A program made the translations under genes and the position numbers. The notes under the pieces were generated by a model, which saw only the letters and a program-made list of their open reading frames with translations, was not told the DNA's origin and did no database searches. From Octopus vulgaris (taxonomy: Eukaryota): a stretch of DNA of 64,000 nt. Below are positions 28,981 through 42,682 of the stretch, in pieces. The DNA lies in NCBI GenBank assembly GCA_951406725.2, contig OX597837.1:40424001-40488000 (forward strand), written 5' to 3'. Position 1 is the first letter of the stretch, and every line of letters begins with the position of its first letter.

Positions 28981-29189
28981 CTGGAATGATTGATACATCT
29001 AGAAGGAAGCAATTTCTTGCTTCGTGGACTTTGCGAATAATATCTGCTTGGATTTTCCTTCATTTCTTCATCAGTAACCTGACAACTCAACTCTGGGCAC
29101 ATAACCGGAAGTAACCAACAAGCATGCGATCGAAATTTTCCGCATACTCTTCACTTATTTTGCACTCTAGCAATGGAGATGAGGAGATA

Positions 29190-29480
29190 AGGCGGCGAGC
29201 TGGCAGAAAGGTTAGCACGCCGGGTGAAATGCTGAGCATTATTTCGTTTGCCGCTACGTTCTGAGTTCAAATTCCGCCGAGGTCGACTTTGCCTTTCATC
29301 CTTTCGGGGTCGATAAATTAAGTACCAGTGACGCACTGGGGTCGATATAATCGACTTAATCCGTGTGTCTGTCCTTGTTTGTCCCCTCTGTGTGTAGCCC
29401 CTTGTGGGCAGTGAAGAAATAGGTATTTCGTGTGTCGTTACGTTCTGAGTTCAAATTCTGCAGAGGTCGACTTTGCCTTT
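29190..29480 (+). mobile_element. SINE family A, one unit plus truncated second unit
   Basis: Head ggcggcgagctggcagaaagg; second body breaks at gactttgcctt. Confidence 0.9.
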
Positions 29481-29484
29481 TCCT

Positions 29485-29900
29485 TTTTACTTGATTCAGT
29501 CATTAGACTGTGGCCATGCTGGGACACCGCTGTGAAGAATATTTAGTCGAAGGAATCGATCCTGGTATTTTTTTAGAAGCTTGGTACTTATCTATCAGTC
29601 CTTTTGGTCGAACTATCACGCTATGAAACCGTAAACATACCAACGCCGGTAGATAAGCGGTGGTATGGAACAAATACAAAGGCAGAAGTACACTCAGGCA
29701 CACACACACACAAATATATATATATATATATTTATGCGACAGGCTTTTTCAGTTTCCGTTTACTAAATCCACTTCCAAGGCTTGGGCCGGACCGAGGCTA
29801 TAGTGGATGACACCTGCCTAAAGTGTGACGCATTGGGACTGAACCCGGAACCATGTGATTGGCCAGAAAACTCCTTACCTCACAGCCACGCCCGCGCCTA
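29485..29900 (-). mobile_element. SINE family B, diverged
   Basis: Reverse complement of head at 29835-29900 and tail at 29485-29530. Confidence 0.85.
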
Positions 29901-30459
29901 CACCATGTTTCAGAATGCGGTCCGATATACGCGCTGGCTGGACAAAAAATAAATAAATAAATAAAAGGACGTTAGTGTTCGTGAGTGTAACACCTTTGGC
30001 CACGTATCTATATATTTGCAAGAGAACAGCCGACCTTGGGTCTATAAGGATAAACAATTTTATTTCATTTTATATGTGTCTCTAATACTTTCCTGGTGAG
30101 AAAGTTCAATATCAATTGGTGTGTTCCAAAAGCTGTCATTAATTTTCTTGTTTTATTTCCGGTATATTACATTACGGTAATAACAAACTCACCGCCAGAC
30201 TCCATACAGCGAAAGCTATGCAGACTTTTACTAAATTCTCAGCAAACTGTGTATTTACTCGCCTAAACACATAGATAATGGTCTTGTATAATTGACTGCG
30301 TCAATTTAGAATGCCGTGTCTCGTAGACTTAGTTTTGTTCAAAATTGCCTATTCTGTTAACGATATATATCGTATCGCTAAAGACCAGAATGTTTCAAAT
30401 GAGATTTTGTCCAATTTCTACTACCTTTACTGTGCCAAGAATCTCTTCTAAACCTTTAC

Positions 30460-30843
30460 TTCTAAACCTTTGGTTGTTCTTGCAAAGGCCTTAAATTTTA
30501 GGGGAGAGCAAAGTCAACTTCGGAGGAACTTGAACTCAAAACATTAACACGGATGAAATACTGTTTAGCATTTTGTCCGGCATGCTAACGATTCTGCCGG
30601 CTCACCAAACCAATTATAATACGAATGCTGGTTTCAAATTTTGGTGCAGGGCCACCATTTTTGGAAGGGAAGGGGATGTCGATCACAGCGACTCCAAGAC
30701 TTGACGGGTAATTATCTTATTGACTCCGAAAGAGACGAAAGCCAAAGAGGACCTAGGCGGAATTGGAACGCAGAACGTGTAGACGGAAGAAATTCCACTA
30801 AGTATTTTCCCCGGTGTACTAACTGTTCTGCGACTCCCCGCCT
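30460..30843 (-). mobile_element. Two old SINE family A copies
   Basis: aaagtcaacttcggaggaacttgaactca and ggcggaattggaacgcagaacg remnants. Confidence 0.7.
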
Positions 30844-30929
30844 CAATTGAATATGCTAGACTCAAGAGAAGGAATTCTTCTGTACGACAAATGTATGTTT
30901 ATAGTATAGATTCATTAACGCAAGAGTCA

Positions 30930-30973
30930 CTGAGACGTCCAGTGTTTCGATATTGTTGTACCTCGTCAGACAG
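30930..30973 (-). ncRNA. Possible type I hammerhead motif, canonical core and GUC site, weak stems
   Basis: CTGT-CTGACGA-GGTA caacaa TATC-GAAA-C actggac G-TC-TCAG. Confidence 0.4.
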
Positions 30974-31691
30974 AGGCAATTTGTGTGCGCGTGTACGTAT
31001 GTATGTATGTATGTTTCGTTGTGTTTGTCCCCCATCACTGCTTGACTACCACTGTCGGTGTGGCGTGATGTGGTTTCGTCCCTGTAACCTAGAGGTTCCG
31101 CAAAAGATACTAATAGAATAAATATTTGTCTTCATAGAAAGTAAATACTGGAGTTGAGTCGTTCGACTAAAATTCTTCAATATGGTGCCCCAGAATGGTC
31201 GCAGTCAGATGACTGAAACAAATAAATGATGTGAAAATAAAACACACCGGATAAAATAGCTTACAACAATACTACGGCACCGTGTGATACAGCAAAGGTA
31301 AAATAAACGAATTACCAAGGTTTCAATATTTAACACAAGAAAATCCGCCAGAAGACTAAGTAAAGAATTGGCCACATCGGTCGGCAGAAGTTTATTCTGC
31401 TTTTCATTGGAACATTGTTCAAGAGATTAAGAGGGATTTGGTTTGATATACGCATAGCAGCATTTGCAACAAAATAATGTCGTGTTTTATTCAGCGAAAA
31501 TTCTTCAGAAACGTTGACTGGATTTGCGGAGATTTGTGTTGGTTAAGAAAGACTGGAGATGCGTTATGCTTCCGTAGACATGGATCGGTATGGAATTTGT
31601 AATAGTGATAATACTGCTGTTGTTGCTGCTGTTGCTGCTCCTATACTGCTACTACTACAACTACTACTACTACTACTTCTACTACTACAAC

Positions 31692-31737
<46 letters not shown>

Positions 31738-32042
31738 TATAATAATAATTATAATAATAATTATAATAACAATAATAATAATAATAAAATAATAATGATA
31801 ATGATAATAATAACAATAATAATAATAATAAAATAATAAAAATAATGATAATAATAATAATAACAATAATAATAATAATAATAGTAATAATAATAATAAT
31901 AATAATCATCATCATCATCATCATCATGATAATAATAAATTTCTGTATTCGCATAGCGATTCGCTAAATCATTCATAGATTGTTATGGTAAAAACATAAA
32001 TACTGACAGAGAATTCAGTCCGGAATCTGCCGCGTTTGAACC

Positions 32043-32099
32043 ATTCCTTACTGATGAGACAACGGAAATTGCCGAAACTGACCGGTCAGTATAGGGAAT
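32043..32099 (+). ncRNA. Type I hammerhead ribozyme, canonical core
   Basis: ATTCCTTA-CTGATGA-GACAA cggaaa TTGCC-GAA-ACTGA ccgg TCAGT-A-TAGGGAAT; stem I 8 bp, stem II 4 of 5 bp, stem III 5 bp; predicted cleavage after GUA at 32091. Confidence 0.85.
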
Positions 32100-32394
32100 T
32101 CTCTGTCTGTGTTTTTGGACGATTACAATTCCTGTCAGCATATATGTGTACAATTATGTACTTTGTCTACACCATGAGAGCATTTTAGTTCTTACTTCTA
32201 GGACCCTAATTATATATATAAGCACAATATATAAGCACGAATACAAAGTTGATTTAAAATTTACGAGAGTGTCCTACTAACACCAGATTTACTTCTCCAT
32301 GAACCCTATTATTATTGAACCTAACCATTTCTGGCGCCCTACGTATTGATGTGTCTAGATTCTATTGAATCCAAATACTTATCTATCTGGTAGT

Positions 32395-32685
32395 AATGAA
32401 TATTTGCCAGCATAACATGGCAATCTTAGTTTAAGACTAATATTGCGGTAATTTACCCCCAAGAGACATCGTTTCCAGCTGGCTATACGACACGATCTGT
32501 GTTCTTACATTTTCGAACAAGGACACAGATCGTGTCGTATAGCCAGCTGGAGACGTTATCTCCTGGGGCTAAATTACAGCAACATTAGTCCTAAACGACG
32601 ACTGCCATTTTATGTTGGCAAACAATCTTTACTACAAGGTACTGTTGCTGAATATCTCACGTTGTGAAATTTAAAATTAGTTAAT
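32395..32685. mobile_element. Palindromic MITE-like element, ~103-bp arms
   Basis: 32403-32505 pairs with 32519-32622; inner ccagctggctatacgacacgatctgtg is perfectly complementary. Confidence 0.85.
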
Positions 32686-32722
32686 TTCCACTTACCTATC
32701 TGTCTGTCAGTCTGTCAGTCTG

Positions 32723-32793
<71 letters not shown>

Positions 32794-32921
32794 GTCTATC
32801 TATTTATCTATCTATCTGTCTCTGTCTGTCTGTCTGTCTATTTATCTTTCTACCTATCTATTTATCTATCTATCTCCCTGTCTGTCTGTCTATCTATCTA
32901 TCTATCTTTCTACCTATCTAT

Positions 32922-32956
<35 letters not shown>

Positions 32957-33214
32957 GCTAGCTAGCTATCTATCTATCTACCCACGCGTGCGCGTGTGTG
33001 CGTGATTAAATAGGTGCAAATACATAAAATAAGCCTTAAACTCACATACAGGTGAATGAGAACCCTTCTGTTAGTATTTGTCAAAGTGCTTACCGAACCT
33101 GCGAGCCTGCCACACTATCTTGTAATACTTAAACACACGCACAAACATTTTCTGATTTGGATCGAGTAAAATGCAACCAACGTCCTCTAGCGAAAACTTC
33201 GTTAGACACAGCAC

Positions 33215-33520
33215 CAGATCATTTTCTGCATGATCGTTAGGTCGCGAGTTCGATTCCCGCTGGCCCCGTCGTGTCCTTGAGCAAGACAATTTACTTCACG
33301 TTGCTCCGGTCTACTCAGCTGGCAGAAAGGAGTTGTACACGTAATTCCAACCTTGTAACATTCTGTGTCTCTCTCTGGATCTCCCTGAGAACTACGTTAA
33401 GGATATGCGTGTCTGTGGAATACTCAGCCACTTGCACGTTAATCCGTTAGTCTCACGCGTAGGTTGTTCTGTGGATCAAATCAACCGGAATGGTCGTCGT
33501 CGTAACCGACGGAGTGCCGA
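33215..33520 (+). mobile_element. CORE-type SINE sharing its 3' tail with family C
   Basis: gagttcgattccc B box, gtgtccttgagcaagac CORE-like, tail ctgagaactacgttaagg...cgtcgtaaccgacggagtgc as at 57540-57662. Confidence 0.82.
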
Positions 33521-33704
33521 TTCTTTAGAACCTGTTCTGGGACTGCGTCTTCGGGCAACGAAAATTAGTCTTTTTCTGATACATTGCCAAATTATTTTCT
33601 CGGAATGGCATTTGTCTATGTGCAAGAATTTTCGTATTGGACACAGGATTTACACAACAATGTCTTTTAGCTGCTATTGTTGCTGTTGTTGTTGATGCTT
33701 CTGC

Positions 33705-33735
<31 letters not shown>

Positions 33736-34179
33736 ATTGCTATTGTTTAGCGGGTTGTCAAGTCACTTTCATTCGCAAAAAAAAAAAATCCGTAAAAGCG
33801 TTAGTTTTTTTCTTTGTTTCCAAACATGTTGTTGTTTGTTTTATATATTTTATGTGTTTTTGTTTTTCTTTATTCTTTCTCTTCTATGCTGCGGTGTTTT
33901 TTTGTTTTTTCTATTCTATTTTATTTCTTTTATGGCGAGTGTGTTTCTCGCATTGTAAATTTGCGATGAATGTCAACTCCACAAACATGTACGAAGAAAA
34001 GAAAATACGGAAGAAGAAAATAAATAAAAGCTAACCAAAATCTGCTCACTTGTCACAGAAACAACTCAAACGAATAAACAGGAAAAAAAAATCTCATCTA
34101 ATTTTGGTAAAATTCCACAAGATGTAATCCGCGAACGCGAGAGATGTGTAACGTGAGCTCTCTTGGTAAAATCCAATAA

Positions 34180-34785
34180 TAATATTGATCTTAGATTTTG
34201 ACACAAGGCTAGCAATTTCCGGCGAGGGAGCGAATCGAGAATCGATTACATCAACCTCAGTGTTCAACTGGTACTTGTTTTATAGACCACGAACGGATGA
34301 AAGGCAAAGTCCATCTCGGCAGCATGTGAACAGAGCGTAAGCATTTCGCCCTGTGTGTTAACAATTCTGGGATCCATTCGGTTTGAACGGCAGTTTTTAA
34401 CATAATTTCTAGGTAACTAAAATATTTAAAACTTCGTATACTGGTAGAATGTGTTTATAAAACATCATTTTCTCTTGGCTTTATTGAGAAAAGTCTATAG
34501 TTTGTAAGATATTTGTTGTTGTTTTTCTTCAATTTCTGCAATTTCAACCAATCATTGACGTCCATTGAGGTAAACAACATTCTGTGCCGTATGAATATGT
34601 CCCCCGTTTAAGAAACAGATTGGGTTTATTTCCTTTTATGAATCCCTAACCCTAATCCTAAAACAGATTGAAATGCAGTAGATCGATACTAGGGTCATAA
34701 TTATGAGTCACAATTTCATATGACACCGCTAGAAAAAATCTGCCGTTCAAACCGAAAAGGTCCCAATTCTGTCAGTTTGCCGCCT
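34180..34785 (-). mobile_element. Old SINE family A copy interrupted by a MITE
   Basis: gcatttcgccctgtgtgttaacaattct resumes as gtcagtttgccgcc after the insertion. Confidence 0.8.
34369..34764. mobile_element. 396-bp non-autonomous DNA transposon with TIRs and 6-bp TSD (AATTCT)
   Basis: gggatccattcggtttgaacggcag...ctgccgttcaaaccgaaaaggtccc; AATTCT at 34363-34368 and 34765-34770; internal ccctaaccctaatcctaa. Confidence 0.9.
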
Positions 34786-34788
34786 TAC

Positions 34789-34883
<95 letters not shown>

Positions 34884-35596
34884 GTACTCTAGGCCGTATG
34901 CGGTTTGAAAGAGAGTTGACTATTATTTCTGGTGAAGCAGATAATGTATCCACAACATTGCGTTGGGTCCAGTCGAGAATTTTGAGCTTCCAACATAATT
35001 GCTGATATCAAATATTATACACGGTTTAATTTGAACGATTTTCGATTTGGAGACAGCGTGAGAAAAAAATAAATAGACGCAGGTACTTATAAACTCAAGC
35101 ATTGTAGTGTAAATGGTGAAGAGATTTACACAATTATAACAGCTTAAACAAGTAAAGCAATCGAGTATTGTGCCAAACAAATTAGGTTATAATGAGTAAA
35201 AGTAATGAAAATGAAATTTTGAAGGAATTTATAATTATATTCGTAATAAAAGATGCTGGTTAAGAATGTTGTTGAATCTCAATAGTTATTGACATGTTTT
35301 CATATGGGAACATTACGCGTGGAAGAAATGGTAGAAGCAAAAGGAGGCAGGCTTGAATGTGTGCATTGTATGTTCGCTTCAAAACATATATATATATATT
35401 CCTTTTCCCTCTTATTTTCATTTTCCTCTAAGCAATCATGACACCAAAAGCTGATTAGGTCATTTTATTTAAACTGGAACGCAAGATTTCAGCGTTCATA
35501 TTTGAATTTTTTTGCATTTCTATAATATTATTTGCTTTTTTTCATCCCCTAACTGGATGGGCATATAACAACAAGCCAGCCGAGACTTCATTATCG

Positions 35597-35645
35597 ATGT
35601 ATCTGAAGAGAGCCAGACTGATGGGTCGAAACACACGTTGTCCGT
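35597..35645 (+). ncRNA. Degenerate hammerhead-like motif
   Basis: CTGAAGA-GAGCCA gactga TGGGTC-GAAA-C acac G-TT, then AATAAA; stem I poor. Confidence 0.45.
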
Positions 35646-35753
35646 AATAAAGGTCTAATACGAAATTCATCTCCTACTATAAATATATATACATATACAT
35701 ACATACATACATATATATATATGTATGTATGTATATATACATATATATATATA

Positions 35754-35808
<55 letters not shown>

Positions 35809-35823
35809 TTATATATATGTATG

Positions 35824-35882
<59 letters not shown>

Positions 35883-35959
35883 GCAGAAAAATGCATGTGT
35901 TTATATATGTATGTATCTATGCATGTGTGTATGTATAAGGTTCCAAATTGTAGAAAAGA

Positions 35960-36115
35960 GAAAAATCAAGTGACATAGATAGTTCAACGATCAACAAACA
36001 AATTTGTAATAGTTTGACGCTCAGGGAAAATGGGAGAAGTCTTTGACGTTTCGAGCCTATCCCCTTCTACAGAAATGAATGAGAAAAGAAAAGAAATAGA
36101 AAGGAAAACCATGAG
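35960..36115 (-). mobile_element. Short Penelope-like element with CUGUAGA-core motif (36041-36075)
   Basis: Minus strand TTT-CTGTAGA-A-GGGG atag GCTC-GAAA-CG-TC-AAAG. Confidence 0.6.
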
Positions 36116-36326
36116 AGAAATTAAACGCCCTTGTATTAAGTGTTGTACATGCATTTATGCATGTATATATGTATGTATATATTACCGGTAAAGGTTTTAG
36201 TTGCCAATTCTGTACAAGACAATGTAGATCATTACCTGGGCTAAAAAGTCATATTCGATCGCAGCACCAGTAACAGTTAAGCTTCCTGCAATGGCCATAC
36301 TCGATAACGAGGGGGCAGCCATAATA

Positions 36327-36653
36327 ATGTATGTATGTATGTATGTATGTATGTATGTATGTATGTATGTATGTATGTATGTATGTATGTATTTATGTAT
36401 GCATGTATGTATGTTTGTATGTATGTATTTATGCATGTATGTATGTATGTATGTATGTATGTATGTATGTATGAATGTATGCATGCATGTATGTATGTAT
36501 GTATGTATGTATGTATGTATGTATGAATGTATGTATGTATGTATGTATGTATGTATGTATGTATGAATGTATGTATGTATGTATATATGTATGAATGTAT
36601 GTATGTATGAATGTATGTATGTATGTATGTATGTATGAATGTATGTATGTATG

Positions 36654-36687
<34 letters not shown>

Positions 36688-36783
36688 TGTATGTACATGT
36701 ATGTATGTATGTATGTATGTATGAATGTATGTATGTATGTATGTATGTATGAATGTATGTATGTATGAATGTATGTATGTATG

Positions 36784-36817
<34 letters not shown>

Positions 36818-36911
36818 TGTATGTATGTATGTATGTATGTATGTATGTATGAATGTATGTATGTATGTATGTATGTATCAATGTATGTATGTATGAATGT
36901 ATGTATGTATG

Positions 36912-36943
<32 letters not shown>

Positions 36944-37290
36944 CATGTATGTATGTATGTATGTATGTATTTATGCATGTATTTATGTATGTATGTATGC
37001 ATGTATGTATGTATGTATGTATGTATTTATGCATGTATGTATGTATGTATGTATGTATTTATGCATGTATTTATGTATGTATGTATGCATGTATGTATGT
37101 ATGTATGTATGTATTTATGCATGTATGTATGTATGTATGTATGTATTTATGCATGTATTTATGTATGTATGTATGCATGTATGTATGTATGTATGTATGT
37201 ATGTATGCATGTATGTATGTATGTATGTATGTATTTATGCATGTATGTATGTATGTAAGTATGCATGCATGCATGCATGCATGTGTGTAT
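36327..37290. repeat. (TATG)n array, ~960 bp, with patterned variants
   Basis: Direct reading; GAAT variants in the left half, TTTATGCA variants in the right half. Confidence 0.95.
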
Positions 37291-37819
37291 GTACATTTAG
37301 GCTTTATGTCCTTCAGGGGCAAAATCGAGTTGCGCTGGTTTATTATGTTATCCAAGGTAAAATTTGTTCTGTGTTTTATGAACATTACAAAGTAAAGACA
37401 GGAGAATTCTACATGTAAATTTATTGCATTGGAAACATAAGATAAGGTATGAAGTTGCGAAAATTATGTTAAGACAATGTAAGAGGGTCAATTCATTTTT
37501 AAAATCGATTTTTAGCCGAATCTCATCGTTACAGAATAAAAAAAAATCTTATCAAGCAAAAAAAAAAATACCAAAAGAGAACCCAAAAAACGAAGGTAAA
37601 AACGAACGCAGCAGCTCTTTCAATAGCATTTGCTTTTAATGTCTTATATATTGGCTTCGCTTTAAAGATAAAAACCCATTATATTTTCATGAATCTTCAA
37701 TCTTCGAATCTTCTGCTAGCGATTAAAGTAACACAGGCTGGTTCCTTGAAGCAATTAAGCATAACAAATTGATGGGTTGAGATACCTCACGCAGCACTTA
37801 GAGGAATCTCATACGACCT

Positions 37820-38312
37820 ACTTTCTTCTTCTTATTCTTCTCCTTCCCCTTCTTCTTCTTCTTCTTCTTCTTCTTCTTCTTCTCTTCTTTTTCTCCTTCT
37901 TTTTCTTCTTCTTCTTCTCCCCCTTCTTCTTCTTCTTCTTCTTCTTCTTCTTCTTCTTCTTCTTCTTCTTCTTCTCCTTCTTCTTCTTCTTCTCCTCCTC
38001 CTCCTTCTTCTTCTTCTTCTTCTTCTTCTTCTTCTTCTTCTTCTCCTCCTCCTCCTTCTTCTTCTTCTTCTTCTTCTTCTTCTCATTCTTCTTCTTCATC
38101 ATCATCTTCTTCTCTTCTTCTTCTTCTTCTTCTTCTCTTCTTCTTCTTCTTCTTTTTCTTCTTCTTCTTCTTCTTCTTCTTCTTCTTCTTCTTCTTCTTT
38201 TTCTTCTTCTTCTTCTTCTTCTTCTTCTTCTTTTCTTCTTCTTCTTCTTCTTCTTCTTCTTCTTCTCCTCCTTCTTCTTCTTCTCCTTCTTCTTCTTGTT
38301 ATAATAATAATA

Positions 38313-38395
<83 letters not shown>
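37820..38395. repeat. (CTT)n polypyrimidine tract followed by (AAT)n(TAT)n
   Basis: Direct reading. Confidence 0.95.
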
Positions 38396-38662
38396 TGTAC
38401 TGTTGTTGTTGTGTTTGGAGTAAAGTAGTCTTACCTTACAATCACCAGCGTGTTTCAGGTAAAAAAAAAAAATAAAAAGACAGAAAAGAACAAAAAATGT
38501 ATCGGAATACTTTTCAAATTACAGGCTTCATATGTAAGTGCTGTTGCGCGAAACTCTCAGCTTTTGAGTCACTTTGTACTTTCGATTAAAATGCAAAAAA
38601 AAAGTCTCTTGAGGTCTATATTAGTTTTTTTCTATTGTGAAACATGCATATCTGCATATGAG

Positions 38663-38717
<55 letters not shown>

Positions 38718-38724
38718 ATATATG

Positions 38725-38773
<49 letters not shown>

Positions 38774-38955
38774 TATGTATGTGTATTCACACATGTATAT
38801 ATATGTATATATGTATATATTACAGTATATATATACACATATATATATGTAAGAATGTCTGTCAGTATGTGTGTATGTATATCATTAAGTATATTATATG
38901 CGTAAAGATATATATATATGTATACACACACATATATGCATTTATATATATATAT

Positions 38956-39010
<55 letters not shown>

Positions 39011-39737
39011 AATATACAAATATGTATAGATATATAAACATACGTAAACATATATGTGTACGCGTGTGTGTGTGTGCGTGTGTGAAACATTACAAAATCG
39101 GAAGACCTTGCTTGTAAGATAAAAATGCAAAAACGACAAAAATAAAAACGATTCGTAAGGGAAAAAGCGAAATATATTCTTTACTGCATTGAATTACAAT
39201 TCCTCCCATTCAGGGCTGAAACTCAGACGAGGCCAATTTTGCCATTCATCCCACCCGTGTCGATAAAATAAAGAACCAGTGAAAAACTGAGACCGATGAT
39301 ACCGACATTAGCCCCTCCCTTCAAACTGCTGGCCTTGTGCCTAAATTAAAAATTATGAAGTGGTGAGCTGGCAGATTCGGTCAAAATATCTTGCGATACT
39401 TTTCCAGGCTTTATGCGTTCTGATTTCAAATCTTGCTCGGACCAACGTTGCTCTTTCATCGTTCTGGGCTTTACAGTATATTGATAATTTACCTCTTAAT
39501 AATTAGGTCGATGGCATCGAGTAACGCCTCACCTTAAATTTACTGGTTTTGTGCTTTAATTAGAAGACATTTAAAAAAAATTTTATTATAAGATAGGCCC
39601 TGTGGTGAAAAACAATCCATCCGTGGCTATCCTATCAAAGTTCTGATGAGACAAGTTCGCTGGATTCTTGTTGTGGGCCAAGCGCCCAGGACTACATTAC
39701 ACAATGTCTCCTTGGTTTTTTGAGATGTTAGAAAGTG

Positions 39738-39800
<63 letters not shown>

Positions 39801-39869
39801 GTGGGTGTGTATGCATACACACATACATCTGTATATATATTCACTTGTGTAATTAAGTGTGTATATAAA

Positions 39870-40047
39870 TTAGATCGTTAGCCACTACACATATTTTTTT
39901 CCTTGTTTCTCTCCTTTTTTCTGTGTCCCTTTCTGTAGAAGAGCGTAGGCTCGAAACGTAAAAGAATTCCTGAGCGTTATACTAATATATCTGTTTGTTT
40001 TGTACACCACCTGTCTTCGTCTTTCGTTTTTTTCGTAATCTCTCCCT
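39870..40047 (+). mobile_element. Short Penelope-like element with CUGUAGA-core motif (39929-39964)
   Basis: CTTT-CTGTAGA-A-GAGC gtag GCTC-GAAA-CG-TA-AAAG; homologous to 22022-22206. Confidence 0.72.
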
Positions 40048-40429
40048 ATATATATACGTATAAGAAGGGATGACCACTAAGTGGACATGCAATATGCTAG
40101 AAATAGATCATCTACGATCTAACCACGAAGAAAAGAATGTTCTCTAGAAAAATTCAGCAAACACCAGAACATGTGATACATTTTTTCTGAATATTCAGAT
40201 TTTCCTATATGCTGTGTCAATGGTGTTAAATTGATGTTAATTAAACTAATATTCAATTTATCACCCTCATTATTTAAATTTTTATATATATATAACTGTA
40301 AGTTTATGTGTTGATGCTTTTATGATACGCGAATTGTGTATAGAATTCCATAACGTTTCTTTGGAACACAAAATATTTAGAAGGCTATATACATACATAC
40401 ACACACACACGCACACACACACACATCTA

Positions 40430-40646
40430 CTTCTTTACTACCTACAAGGTGCTAAACACAGAGGAGACAAACAGATTAAGTCGATTACATCGACCCCAGT
40501 GCATAGCTGGTACTTAATTTATCGACCCCGAAAGTATGAAAGGCAAAGTCGACCTCGGCGGAATTTGAACTCGGAACGTAACGGCAGACGAAATACGGCT
40601 ACGCATTTCGCCCGGCGTGCAAACGTTTCTGCCAGCTCACCGCCTT
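40430..40646 (-). mobile_element. SINE family A monomer
   Basis: Reverse complement of head and body. Confidence 0.88.
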
Positions 40647-41556
40647 GGAAACACATATATATATCATGAAGTAACTGTTACTTTCTCAGATGCAGCACTA
40701 AGTTTTGTCAATGAAGAGGTCGCGGTTTCAAAGCGACGAAAATATTTTGACACAAATGAAATTTAAATGTTGAAGTGAAACTAACGGTTTTTTTTTTGTG
40801 TGTTCTTAAAGGATACACAATCAATGTGTGTATACGACTATATACACGCGTGTTGATACAAAATCAAGGTGTGTATATGCTGACACGCCATGTTGTTGTA
40901 GCGCATTTATTCGTAGCCAACTCCAACCACACAAAGTTATTATTAGTGATGTCACAGAAACCGTTAGTTCTGTGTAATAAATTTAAGGTAAATAACCTGT
41001 GTGAGACAACGGTATTAATTTAGAGGCCTGTCTACTTTGGAGAGAAAGAAAGAGAGAGAGACAGAGAGAGGGGGAAGAGAGGGATGAGGGGTGGGGAGAA
41101 GGAGAAATTGTCACGACTGTTGAACAATCCGTCGTAAAAATAAATCGCTATTCATAATGTTAGAATCTCGTTTTTACTGGTGGAATAAATTTTGATCAGA
41201 AATGAAAATAGTCGATGGCATATGAATATGTAAATATTAGGCAAGACGACAGAAAGGAAAATGGAGAGAGAGAGAGGAGAGCGCAGAAGAGAGAGAGAGG
41301 GAGAGAAAGAGGAGAGCGCAGAAGAGAGAGAGAGAGGAAAAGATAGAGAGAAGGAAACAGAGAAGTCGAGGAATAGAAGGAGACCGAGAGAGAATTTTGA
41401 ACCAATAATGATGATGATGATATTAGTCGTGATGGTGGTGGTGTCGTCGTGGTGATAGTAGTAGTAATAGTAGTAGTACTAGTGCTGGTGGTGGTAGTGA
41501 TAGTAGTAGTAGTAGTAATAGTAGAAGTAGTAGTAGTGGTGGTGGTGGTGGTAGTG

Positions 41557-41615
<59 letters not shown>

Positions 41616-42682
41616 GGTGGTTTGGTGGTGGTGGTGACAATAATGAAGATGTGAGGGATATAATGTTCCAGCGTAAGGGCAGTGTGTCAGCCACTTGACT
41701 TGGAACGCAACTGCGAGAATCGATGGGATCGATACGGTTACATATTATGACTGTGTAATTGCAACAGTGTCTTTGAACGGAATGGCGTTAAATTTGCCGA
41801 TCTCTGACTAAAAAAAAGAAAAAAAATATTATTTTATTGAATGTTATCAGAAGTTGATCACAGAGATACCTAACAGAAAAAGAAGGAAATAAACAACCAA
41901 ATTCATTGATTTTTTTCAGTTGGTGGTTCAGTTTTTTTTTTTGAAAGAAAACAACAACAATAACAAAAATAATAATAACAACAACAACGACGACAGAAGC
42001 GACAACAACAGCAACAAAAACAACGGATACTGTAATGAAATATGTATGTCCTTTTTCTCACCGACGCAGACGACAGTAAAATAACAAAATTACGAAGAAA
42101 AAAATACACAGATAAAAAAATTAATACATAAAACACACTTAAAACAAACTACCGTCCTTCACACATGAATATTAATAGAGCTTCAACAGCTGCATGCCTT
42201 ATATTCGCGATTCTATCGTTCTCTCTCCCCCCTTCTCTCTCTTATTCTTTGTCTTTCATACGCGCTACTGCATTGCTTTCTCTCTCTCTTCAGAAACACA
42301 TAGTGTTATAAATACACAGTTTTGTTTAAGCTGTAGTACAAAAACATAAAAACAAGTCAACATATAATTTTATGCCCTCTTATGCATGTTAATGATATAT
42401 TGGAGATAAATAAGCATTCCGTATATACATCTTGAACTGCAGTTTCGTTCGGTAGATACTTCGATCGAATGTACATGTTAGCGTCACAAAAAGGCAATGA
42501 GATGACACCTGGTAGTGTAAGCAGTGTAGGTTGTCGGTGGAGATGGAGGCGAAGAATCTTTGAAATTCTCAAGAAGTAATTCAGCCATCTGCCGGCGATG
42601 TAGTATCATGACACTTAATATGACGTTTATCTACTCTGCGCTACAGGAGTCTGATACATTCTTCAATGTATATAGTTTAAGA

